The position numbers and the translations under genes were made by a program. The notes beneath the pieces were generated by a model, which ran no database searches, was not told where the DNA came from, and saw only the letters and a list, made by a program, of their open reading frames with translations. Of a stretch of 64,000 nucleotides of DNA, positions 1 through 10,479 are shown one piece after another (position 1 is the stretch's first letter; each line of letters starts with the position of its first letter). This DNA comes from Styela clava (Eukaryota): positions 19,778,001 to 19,842,000 of the forward strand of contig NC_135256.1 of the NCBI RefSeq assembly GCF_964204865.1. The letters run 5' to 3'.

Positions 1-652
1 AACATGACGCAAAAGCAAAGAGCAGGTTTGTGCGCTTCGCTCACAGCGCGTGTAAGTCCGAGTCATATGCATACGTCCTGTTCTTTATATAGTCAGCCGA
101 CCTGGGATGTTACGTCAGCATTTTGAATACAATAAATCTTAAAGTGACGCTACAATTTTCAATGTGGCAGAAACGAAAACGACGCAAATATGTGGCCGAA
201 AATAATTTGGTCATACATTCAAGCAGGTGCATCGTGTGTGCGTAACCGTTATAAGCAAGCTGTGCGCGTTTCATGCAACCTACTCACCAAGCCACGACTT
301 CCTTTATAAATTGCGTATGCATGAAACAACAAACGTTTATTACTTCCTAGTCACTCTATGCCTCGAAATAATGTTCTTGCCGCACAGTAGCTACGTGACG
401 CATAAACAGTGTTAATCTGCTGGTTATGGCACGAGAAGACGGCTGGCATAAATGACCAAGAAAGCGGAAATCGAAAAGTCGTGTTTTCGAGTGCGTTCGT
501 TTCAGATTGTGGATTAGTTCAGACAGTACAGACAAGAGATATTAGTATTGATAAGTAATTCTATGATTTTTCAGTATCTTTGTAACCGTCTTATTCTATG
601 CTACAGGTATTGTTATATATTTTTCTATGTCGTAAAATAAGATTTCGGAGAA

Positions 653-1171
653 ATGGGAGCAGGGTTATGCGGTGGAAAAAAAGAAGTAAAGATGGTGCTT
701 ATTGGACTTGATTTAGCCGGGAAAACATCGGTTTTAAACCGACTGAGGTTTGGAGAAGCCGGCAGCACCACTCCCACCATTGGATTTAATTACGAGACGT
801 TTGCATACAAAAACACAACGTTTGATATTTGGGATACTGGCGGTCAAGACAAACTACGAGATTTATGGAGACATTATTATGAAGAAGTGGACGGTGTACT
901 TTTTGTCGTAGATTCAACTGATGAAGGTAGACTTAACGAAGCTAGAGATGAGCTACAAAAAGCAATGCGTGATATCCACCTTAAAGACGCGTTTTTATGC
1001 GTTTTAGCAAACAAAAGAGATTTGGAAAATTGTATGCCTTCGGACCAAATTTCTTCGGGTTTGCAATTGTCGAATTTCAAGGACAGAGAGTGGAAAACAT
1101 TTGAAGTCAGCGCTCTGAAGGGTGTGGGACTTTACGATGCTTTGGATTGGGTATCAAGCGTCAAAAAATGA
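653..1171 (+). CDS. ADP-ribosylation factor family (ARF/ARL) small GTPase, single coding exon, 172 aa
   Basis: G1 GLDLAGKT, switch I TTPTIGFN, G3 WDTGGQ, LWRHYY, FVVDS, G4 NKRD, G5 SA; Gly2 myristoylation site. Subfamily not assignable by eye. Confidence 0.95.
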   Translation: MGAGLCGGKKEVKMVLIGLDLAGKTSVLNRLRFGEAGSTTPTIGFNYETFAYKNTTFDIWDTGGQDKLRDLWRHYYEEVDGVLFVVDSTDEGRLNEARDELQKAMRDIHLKDAFLCVLANKRDLENCMPSDQISSGLQLSNFKDREWKTFEVSALKGVGLYDALDWVSSVKK

Positions 1172-1409
1172 CATTACTTTTTTAGTTATTTATTACATGA
1201 CTTATATTTCAACGTAAACATTTTCAGTTAGATCATTTTACACACCACAGCAGGTTTTAGTATATTGTACTGAATGATGACTAGCCAGGCTGGTCTTTTC
1301 GGATGTAAGTCAGTCACTAAGTTTGTACTCAAAACGCTGTCACGAACATGTGTCTGTAGTAACTTTATATTGATCCAATATTTAGAAATTTAACTTGTGT
1401 ATTCGTGTT

Positions 1410-2400
1410 TTAAACATAACGTAAAATACATTTCCAAATTTCACTCATGTCATTTTCTGATGGCCAGGCGTCGGCGAATCTTCTTGATGAAAATTTTAAT
1501 TGGGCAGTCAAATCGGTACAAGCTATTTCGAATGTGCGGTCGAGCGTAAAATGAGGCGAGATCCCGGATTTGTAACGTATACAAAACAAGGGCATTCCGG
1601 TCATTCACAGTTAAGGAGATTTCAAGGTTGGGCCACTGTTATGGCCACGCTGATTAAATTATCTTATGCTTTGATAAAAAGCAGTGTATTTACTGGAACA
1701 AAGCAGGGAATGGTCTTAGCTACCTTCATTATGGAATGGGATATTATAAAATAATTTCTATCGTTGAAAATAAATTGACCACGTTCCAAGCTTGCCCAAT
1801 GATAGGTTGTTCACAACTGTTTGCTGAATAAATAGTCGATATTTTTAAAATTTTATTTTGAAATCGGAGTTTTATAGATTCAATGGTGCATCTGTCGGAA
1901 TAACTCAAAAGCGAATTCGATTCTTTCTTGGTCAGATCAATCTTTACCAGCGACCAGGTCTGTGATTCCTTGATGTATTTTCTCAGCAATGACTGCGGTT
2001 TATTATAATCTATTAAAAAATCTCGCGTCACCGATGAAGCAATATCACACCAGGCTATTTTAATTTCAAGATGGTTTTATTTCCTTGTTTCGTATTTGGA
2101 TAACCAATAAAGGTTCAATATGAATGTTCGATTTATTGATGCCTTAAAATATATATATCATTACAACTTCCTCAGGTTCAACTTAGGCCGTCCATTATAA
2201 ATATCGTGTAAAAAGTGTAAACAGGATACATTTAACTTGAGAAGATCCAAATATTAAATTTATTTCCTGTTGTTTACAATAACTCTCAAAAACAATGCAA
2301 ATGAAGCTTCTCAGATAGTACAGAACAAATGTGCTGAATAATATCTGAGCGTCTTTCTCGCCATGTTTCTCATATTATGGAAACGGGAAATACCGTATCC
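1410..2400 (-). pseudogene. Possible decayed coding sequence of unknown family
   Basis: Consecutive protein-like minus-strand ORF pieces in different frames (1744-2031, 1410-1604 and open stretches up to ~2400), separated by stops and frameshifts; no recognisable domain. Confidence 0.25.
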
Positions 2401-3740
2401 GACCGAATATGGATGGGATCGCGACACAAATATATTAACATAGTCTATCGTCGTTTCTCCTTATATATTCATGTATTCTTTAATTTTGTTTTCAATTTTT
2501 ACTGTTTAAGAAGATAGAAAATTTATAATTACTTATTAAATATCCTATCAATATACTTGCGAGTAATGCCAAGCCTAGTAATGTTTGTTTAAAGGCATTA
2601 CAACCTCGTTATACAAGAAAACGTCAGCATAGGATCGCCATTAGAAACGTCGACCAGTGGTATTTTTCTCGCCCAGTGGCATTTCGGACGAACTCTATTA
2701 CCAAATCTTTCTTTGGTTCTTAGCTTTGTAACTGCGATCAGATATGCATATTATTTTATTGTGTTTTGATTTTATATTTTTAAATCTGATTTATTTTCAA
2801 CAGTACAACAAGTATGATTTCGCTGCACATTTGAAGGCTTGAAGCATCTATGAATATAAGTCCAAAAAACTGCATGCGATGCGACTGAGATAATTTTCGC
2901 CAAACTGCGCCCCTTTGAATTGAATTAGTATCACTTAGTTGAGGTTCACTTTTGTACCTATTTATTCAATGGTCAAATCGAAAGCACATGGAACATGTTG
3001 CCTTATATTCGAAAATGGCAAATGGATTGTTGTGAATTTTTAATACTATTAATGTCACGGAAATTAACTTAATCCCTGTTGCATTGAATTTATTGACTGC
3101 GTGTAAGTGCCTTGATTTTGATTTGAATTCAGTTATCGATTATCAGACACGACCTCGTCGAGTACGTGTCAGTTAGATGGTTTATGGAAATCGAAACTTC
3201 ATTATTCCGAGATTTTCCAATGCCGGACCATTTACAAGTCTTGTGGCTTAAGAGTCATTTTCGATACAGCCCATGTAGGGAAATACTTGTTTTGATGATT
3301 TAGCTGAAGGCAATACGCGTTGCCAGCTAGGCAAAAAAATGACATGCACGAACGTAGCCGTAGTCATCCTATGTTTCTTTTATGAATGACGCAATAACGA
3401 GCCACCGTTTCCGGTTTAATAGCTTAAGCGGTAAAATTCATACAGATTTGTCAACTTCTTGACATAATATTGTGACATATTGGTTTGAATATGGCAGCTA
3501 TTTCAATCCACTACCATCTCACTGAGAGTGCAATAAATTGGAAGGGCCTTATGTCGTGTAGGCAGGGGCGGATTAAGCCCTATTGGTGCCCTAAGCACTG
3601 AAGATTTTGGTCCCCCCCTCATGTGTAATTTAATTATAAAAACAATAAACCACATAAGTGTATTATCCATTAGAAATAATCACAACCAACAGTAAATAAA
3701 ACAACTTTTACGAACATTTTTAGGTTTTTTAACTGTTATA

Positions 3741-3828
3741 TAGAGCTGATATATATAACAGCCGTTTACTGCCGAAATGATATATCGGCAAACACGCAAT
3801 ATCGGGCCGATATATCGGTTGAGCTCTA
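3741..3828. mobile_element. Tiny remnant of a CCGATA-rich hAT-type MITE
   Basis: TAGAGCT...AGCTCTA ends with internal CCGATA/TATCGG motifs like the 8037-9215 element; no TSD visible. Confidence 0.4.
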
Positions 3829-3947
3829 ATCATGTGGGAGTGTGACAATAAAGATTCATGCCTCCAGTCTCCACGTGAATCGAAATACCAAAGTATACAA
3901 GTCACAACTGTAGTTTGAAATTTTACCGGTATACCTGTAGTCTACCT

Positions 3948-4491
3948 CAGGGTGGTTCAAGGTTGCTAGGTTGTTGAAGGACCGCAAGAACTTTTGAGGA
4001 GGTCCCGCGGGCCGCAAGTCGGAGAAAACCCAAATGTGATCGAAATATCGCGAGTTTACTTACTTCAAATTTAATAAACAACGAGAGTTTACCGTTCTAA
4101 TCAGACTATTATTATGTTGCATGGGAGGCGTTCTTTTAAAGAAGATATATAAAGCCTTCAGTTATTTTAAAGTTAATTCCCGAGAATTACCGTTGTATTT
4201 TGCGCATCTCGCGTTTGATGTCGCTTTAAATTATATTCTTTCGTGACAGATATTACTTGACATCAAACCAGACACTACTGCCACATGGCCGACGCCTAAA
4301 AACAGAGGAGTGTTTTTACTACAATAAAGGCACAAAGCGTTAGAAAAAGGGTTTGAATCTCGGGATCCCAACCCCAGTTGGAATAGCTAAAATAAACTCC
4401 AAAACGTTCCTCCATTAGATACAAACATACGCTAAAATTGTTCGGTGAGCCGCACGGAATGTATCAGTATGACAGGGTTTGGACCACTCTG
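3948..4491. mobile_element. Non-autonomous hAT (Buster/Charlie-type) MITE
   Basis: TIRs CAGGGTGGTTCAA / TTGGACCACTCTG; perfect 8-bp TSD GTCTACCT (3940-3947, 4492-4499); GGCCGC-type subterminal motifs. Confidence 0.88.
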
Positions 4492-5128
4492 GTCTACCTT
4501 ATCAAAAAATTCCCGACTTCGCTGACCACTAGATCGTTGAAATGCGATCGTGGAACCGCCACATAGTGTAAATAGTTCATTGATCCGATTGTTGAAAAGA
4601 GAAGAATTTTTTTAAAACAAAAATGCAGCAACAAGGAGAATACTAGAAAGAAAAAACAACAACAATTTAAGAAAACGACTCATAGGCCCATTTCGTGTGC
4701 AAAAAAAGTTTCAGTGTTTATTTTTAATAAAGAAGGTTAATATCGTCACACTAATAAAAAAATTGCCTAAGTCACTTTTTGTCGATTTTGAGATTTTGGT
4801 ATCGCTGGATTCGTTGGGGAAAGATCTATCTTTCTATGGTATTTAAACATTCATACCTGGTATAAATCAGCCGCTAGGGGGCAAAATCGAATCTGCCTAT
4901 CTCAGGAAGTGGACTTAGGCAGATTTTGGTTTTGCCTAAACTGACTATAATTGAGATAGGCACATTTAAACACGCCTGCCCGCATCCAGTTTTTGTACGT
5001 TCTGGTGTCGTTACGACACTCTTCGACTAGCAACGCTTTCTGGTTCAAGTAGGGTGTACTAAAATATATATTTATTTCAACATCTGGACGCTACCGGCAA
5101 ATAATTGTAGTGATCGAATATTAACAGT

Positions 5129-6600
5129 ATGGAGTCCAGGAAGCTGAGAAACTATGCTCTACTTGGAAATGCTTCTGCAAATGATAGTGTCACACGTGGT
5201 AAGTTATTGAACGCCAAACAATGCGGATTTATACGGCGATAGTAGCGAGCGATCTTAATATGTATTCGTATTTAATTTTCACAGATGAGGTGAATGGAGT
5301 TGGAAGTTTTATAGAGCTTCAGCTCGATGGTTGCGAGGGGGATTCCGATGCATATTTATATAGTGAAAGTGGCTATTTACCGTTCCACGAAATACTGTAT
5401 ATTAATGTAAGTCTCGATAATCTGGACACGACGAGTATTTCGAACAATACCAATGAAGGCTCTTCTACCAGATCAGATGGCACTATTGAAACCTATGACG
5501 AGCCCTCACCTAACCGAGAAAAGAGACCAGTGCACGATAAATGGAAACAAAATAAAGGAAAAATCAGGCGCCTCCGTGGAAAATCATATAGAAACTGGAA
5601 AGGAAAGAATGTGCCCAATCGTCAACCAGGGCCACCATGTAGATCTGCATTCTGTAGCAAAGTCAAAACTCGCCAGTGTAACGTTGTAGATGAAGATCAA
5701 AGACTTGCTATGTTCATTAAATTTTGGTCTATGACGACTTGGAATGAACGCAAAATATTCATAAATACTCTGGTTGGGACACATGAGTTTAAACAACAAA
5801 GATCATCCGGTGTATCTAGGAGAAAATCTTCATATGTTTACAAATTAAAGCTTTCGAATGGTTCTGAGCTGCCAGTCTGCAAAGAAATGTTTGCTTCCAC
5901 GTTTGGGATGCCTTGCAGAACTTTGGTATCTTGGATTAAAGATAAAACCTCTTCTAACCAAACAGCTGTTGTTCAAGCAGGTCCGAAAAGTGGAAAGTGT
6001 GCAAAAGTAAGTGATAGGGATAGAGAGTTTATAAAAGAGTGGCTCAGCACACTACCAACTGTAGACTCCCATTATTGCAGAAAATTGCCAAGTTACAGAA
6101 AAATAAAATTTTTGTATCTAGGCACCACAATATCTGCCATCCACAGACATTACCAAAATGTTGCAGAGGAAGAAAACAGGAGGGTCGTTAGTGAAGCTTA
6201 TTTCAACGAGATTTTCCACAGATATAAATACTCAGTTTTCATTCCCCGAAAGGATCAGTGTGATAAGTGTGTAGGTTACAAACATGGTAACATGAGTACA
6301 GTTGAGTATAGCTTGCATATCAAACTGAAGGATGATGCTAGAAAAGAAAAAATAACCGACAAAGATTCTGCAAGTGCAAATAAATCCGTTTGGACGATGG
6401 ATCTACAGGCCGTGCTTTTATGTCCTAGAACGAGAGCTAGTACCTCATATTACAGAACTAAGCTACAGGTACACAATTTCACTTTATATGGTACGAAATC
6501 AAAAGCAGGTTACTGCTACGTCTGGAATGAAACTGAAGGCAATCTTTCTAGTGAAGTATTTGCTTACTTGCAGTTTGAGCATTTTAAGCGAAATTTGTAA
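5129..6600 (+). mobile_element. 3'-truncated DNA-transposon transposase gene (Sola-like DDD family, tentative), two exons: 5129-5198 + 5285-6600
   Basis: Motifs VCKEMFASTFG, LPTVDSHYCR, PRKDQCDKC, MDLQAVLLCP, YYRTKLQVHNFTLY, CYVWNETEG are typical of this cut-and-paste transposase family. The GTAAG...TTTTCACAG intron 5199-5284 (phase 1) joins ATG 5129 in frame. The ORF ends where a hAT fragment begins. Confidence 0.75.
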
Positions 6601-7116
6601 TAATCCAGCCGAGCCGCATGCGGCTCTCAACAACTTTTCCTGCGGCTCCCGTTAATGTTTTAAAAATTAATTATTTTCAAAGGAACTTTTTCATTGAAAA
6701 CTAATCATTGACTCGAAATTAAAATGCTGAAGTCTATTAATTAGTCGAATGGATTCCCCCGTGTTTATTTGCGTAGCGTTGACTAACCTATAAGATGCAA
6801 TAGTGACGCAACAGTGAGCGTTTTCGCGGCCAATCGGACACTTTTCACTTGGAAAGATTTTTAGACATGGCTGTAATCATTGGCTTGCTTTCGTGGATTT
6901 TCAGTTTTTGTCGCATTTCCAGATCTTATGTATAAATCAAATAACTCGATGAATATTTTAATTTCTATAGCATTTTGATTTTGTTCCAGTAATCGAAAAT
7001 AGTCTCGAAAAATGTGGCGATCATCTCAAGCAGCTACTGCACCGTACATCCTCAACGATTACGACCCGCTTTGAAAACTTATCAGAAATCAAAGCCTAAA
7101 TAAATAGCTGTTCGGC

Positions 7117-9802
7117 TAGGGTGGGCAAAATGGAATTTTTTTCGAATCGAATAATTTGAATATTTTTTTTATACATAACAGGGATCCAGAACTTCGGAGG
7201 TCGATACTCCATTTGGAAATTAATAGAAACATTAAAAAGTCGGCAATAAAGCGTTTTTTAATGGGTAATTTTATCATAATTGCTGATTGTCTTTGTCACC
7301 GCGATCGTTTTGGCGGCGATATCCTTAAGTTGGTATTCTATATTTCCGCCCTTTCTCGTTTTTGCAAGAATAAGCGGTCGCCGAATATCAAAATTTCATA
7401 TTTCTAGTATACCCTTGCGTTCACATCAGCGACAGCTGTTGAATACATTTAAGGACTAATTTTAGAACCAAATTAATTCTATTCTGAGTTTTATCCTCTG
7501 CCTTGGATTCGATCTTCCTTATCACCGCTTGTAAATTAACCGTGCATGTTTAAAGTGAACGGTAACCGAGATGCAGATATTTATTATAATGATATTTGAG
7601 TTTCTCATGCTTTTCTATGGTGTCCGTGTTATTTTAGTATTAGATAGATAAACCTAGCATATTTACGATTGCGTGAATCCTGCATGTTGATTTAAAATAG
7701 CGATTAAATAAATTGGCAATAAAGGCATTTCTAGGCCTTTGTGCCTAATAGAGGGTCAGACTCTAATTATACCTAATTCCTTCAAGTTTTATCGTTTTTT
7801 TTTTCAACAAAACAACACCCCGATGGCTATTATAGCTAAAATACTTACTGAGTAATGCTCAATTTTCTTTACGGAATTTGCAAATTCAGCACTTCGCTTA
7901 ATGATTTCGATTATGTCATACCTTGAGGCTTAATTATTACTGCCCAAATGCTTCAAAATTTAACAATTGTAATCATTTTCGATGATAATAGACGCAACAA
8001 TTCGTGAACGAGTCAGTGCTTTAAAGGGAGTAGGACTAGAGATGTACCGATACCACTTTTGTCGCCGATACCGATACCGATCCGATACCAGCTAAAAACG
8101 CCGATACCGATACCGATACGCCGATACTACAAAAAGGCCGATATTACCGATATTCCGATACCGATACTATGTAATTATTACTTAATTAGGTGTGCTGTGT
8201 AGGGCAGACGGGTTAAAACAATGGTCTTTGAGCGTTGTTCATAGTACACATTATTTCAGATCGAAAAAAAAGATATATCACATAATATGAAATTAATGTT
8301 TAGTGTTTGCTTCAACTGATTAAGATACATTGTACAGAAACGCTAGTAATCTCGGGGTTCAATTAGAAAACTCATTAAGCCCGGATGTCCCATTTGAACT
8401 TAATATGAATATCGCGACCTTCGAATATCGTTATTCGTGTTTAAAAGAATATCGAATATCACCCACACATTCTAGCGCCGCCGTCCTACGTTCAAATTAA
8501 AAGCATTTTACAAATATTTTATTTCGTGGCTAATCGTAATCGTCGACGCAATAAGTCAAAGCCAAAATGAAAGAATATCAATCAGCACCGACAAAAAGAA
8601 GGCCTACCTATAACCGTCGAGGATGTTTTTTTACTTTACTATTTTGTAATATAAAATATTTTACAATTGCTATCATATATTTTGAATTTCGGAATTCAGT
8701 TTATCGATGTCGACGGACTAAATGACACTCGTACTTGACGACAAACAGTCAGAACTTATACCCGTGCCAAAAGTCCATGTGCCGTTGATAAGGACCTCAA
8801 TTCCACTGTATGATTTGAAACTGGGCGCCTAGTTGCTTTTTGTCATGTGCTGTGTTGATATATTTCTTCATAATTACTATGTAATATTAAAAATGTCAAT
8901 ATTAGAATTTGACAGCGAAAATGGCCAAATTAGTTGAGCTAGTTTGGCTGATGAATAGCTAAAAACACGTGAATCCTATTCTCTCGTGGGGGTGGGGACA
9001 TGTATGGCTCATAGCTCACGATCTGTTCAGACAAAAAATAAATTAAAATGTAGTATTCCAACTTATCTTTTAAAACATTCTGGACCATATCAAAAAGATA
9101 AATATATCGGAAATATCGGCCTTGATTTAACCGATACCGATACATGGCCGATACCGAAAAAATGACCGATATTGCCGATACCGATACCCGATACCGATAC
9201 ATCGGTACATTTCTAAGTAGGACATGACATTTCTTATCCGGTTACAACTTAATGAGTGTTTTCCATACAAGTAACTCATACCAGCTTTTGGAAAAACTTT
9301 TGGTCATTTTTAAATCCATGCTATTTACATAACTAGAGTGTTTTAACGACCTAAAATCGCCTTTTTCACAATGAAACGCCTAAAAGTCATTTTAACATTT
9401 AATTTTAAGCAAGTTTATGTTCGGTAATGCAAGAAATGGCTAATGACATGCCACCAAGCATGCCGAGTGTAAATCTGGGAAATTTATTTTAAATACCTAA
9501 TCTGGTTTGACGTTTCTAAATTTACGGAACGGTCGGTACGTTTTTTTTTTTTTTTGCAAATTGATGAATTGAAAGGATACGTTAGGTGCAAAAATAAGCA
9601 TATAACACCACAACGCAAAGACGACTTTTCAAATTTTTTCTGATAGCGAGCGCCTTTGGGAAATATCGCACAATTCACGATTGAGTTGGAGACGCTCGAG
9701 TTCGGTGTCCAAGCAGAGCGGCGCAGGTCACGTGGTACCGGATATCCGAATCGTAAAATGCCATTCGAATATTTTATTATTCGAAAATTTTGCCCAGCCC
9801 TA
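7117..9802. mobile_element. hAT-like non-autonomous element nested in 6606-9954
   Basis: Ends TAGGGTGGGCAAAA / TTTTGCCCAGCCCTA (one-base gap); CGAATA/TTCGAA subterminal repeats at both ends; TSD not clear. Confidence 0.7.
8037..9215. mobile_element. hAT MITE with CCGATA subterminal arrays (innermost, youngest insertion)
   Basis: TIRs TAGAGATGTACCGAT / ATCGGTACATTTCTA; perfect 8-bp TSD AGTAGGAC (8029-8036, 9216-9223); tandem CCGATA(C) arrays at 8047-8167 and 9131-9200. Confidence 0.93.
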
Positions 9803-10479
9803 GTTGTTACGTGTGTTGTTGTTACGGTGACTTAGTATTTTAATTACGCGCTGAAGGTTTGTTGCTATTTTACCTTGCGTTGTTTGTGTGCGGCTCTTCA
9901 TACCTTTGAGGTTTGAAATGCGGCTCTGGGACTAAAAAAGTTTGAGAACCACTGCTTTACACTCTTGAGAGATGAAAACCACACCTTGTGGTCAAATCCA
10001 TCCATGGTAAAAAAACTGACAACAAGCATGCAGTGTCTTAATTCAAGCTTCAAAACTTCAAACGAAGTTTATGCGTAATTCTAAATAAGCACCCCTCCAG
10101 ATAGACATATGAAAAAAATAAACTTACTCGTCAGATTTTTTGCATCTTGTGAGGAAATAAGGCAAGCTCAGATGAAATAATACAGTAAAGTAAACGATAC
10201 AAATTTATTGTCAACAATATAGAACGATTGAATTTGCCATACCCTTTCAGAATTAAGTTAGATTAGCCATGAAAATAATGAAACTTGTATGAAATGCGAA
10301 AAATTATCACCTTTAAACCAGTCCGTTATGTGATAACATCTGGATAATTTTTCTATTGATTTGTTTTATTACTTTTTACTGCGTTTAATCGTCTGATATT
10401 TAATTGAAATTTTGGGCTTTATCCGTGATAATAATATATTTTCGACTATTCACCAAATGCACACATTACAGCATAATGC

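Larger units (their letters stand above)
6606..9954. mobile_element. hAT (SPIN/Charlie-like) non-autonomous element, left TIR lost, hosting two nested insertions
   Basis: GAGCCGCATGCGGCTC subterminal motifs at 6611-6650 and GCGGCTC at 9890-9927; right TIR ...AAGTTTGAGAACCACTG ends at 9954, followed by CTTTACAC (nnnTAnnn). Confidence 0.7.

Noticed and set aside
5221-5284. ATG 5221 as the transposase start
   Set aside because: It lies inside a canonical intron; ATG 5129 splices in frame.
8047-9200. CCGATA arrays as CRISPR or iteron-like repeats
   Set aside because: Hexamer units without unique spacers, located subterminally within an element that has TIRs and an 8-bp TSD.
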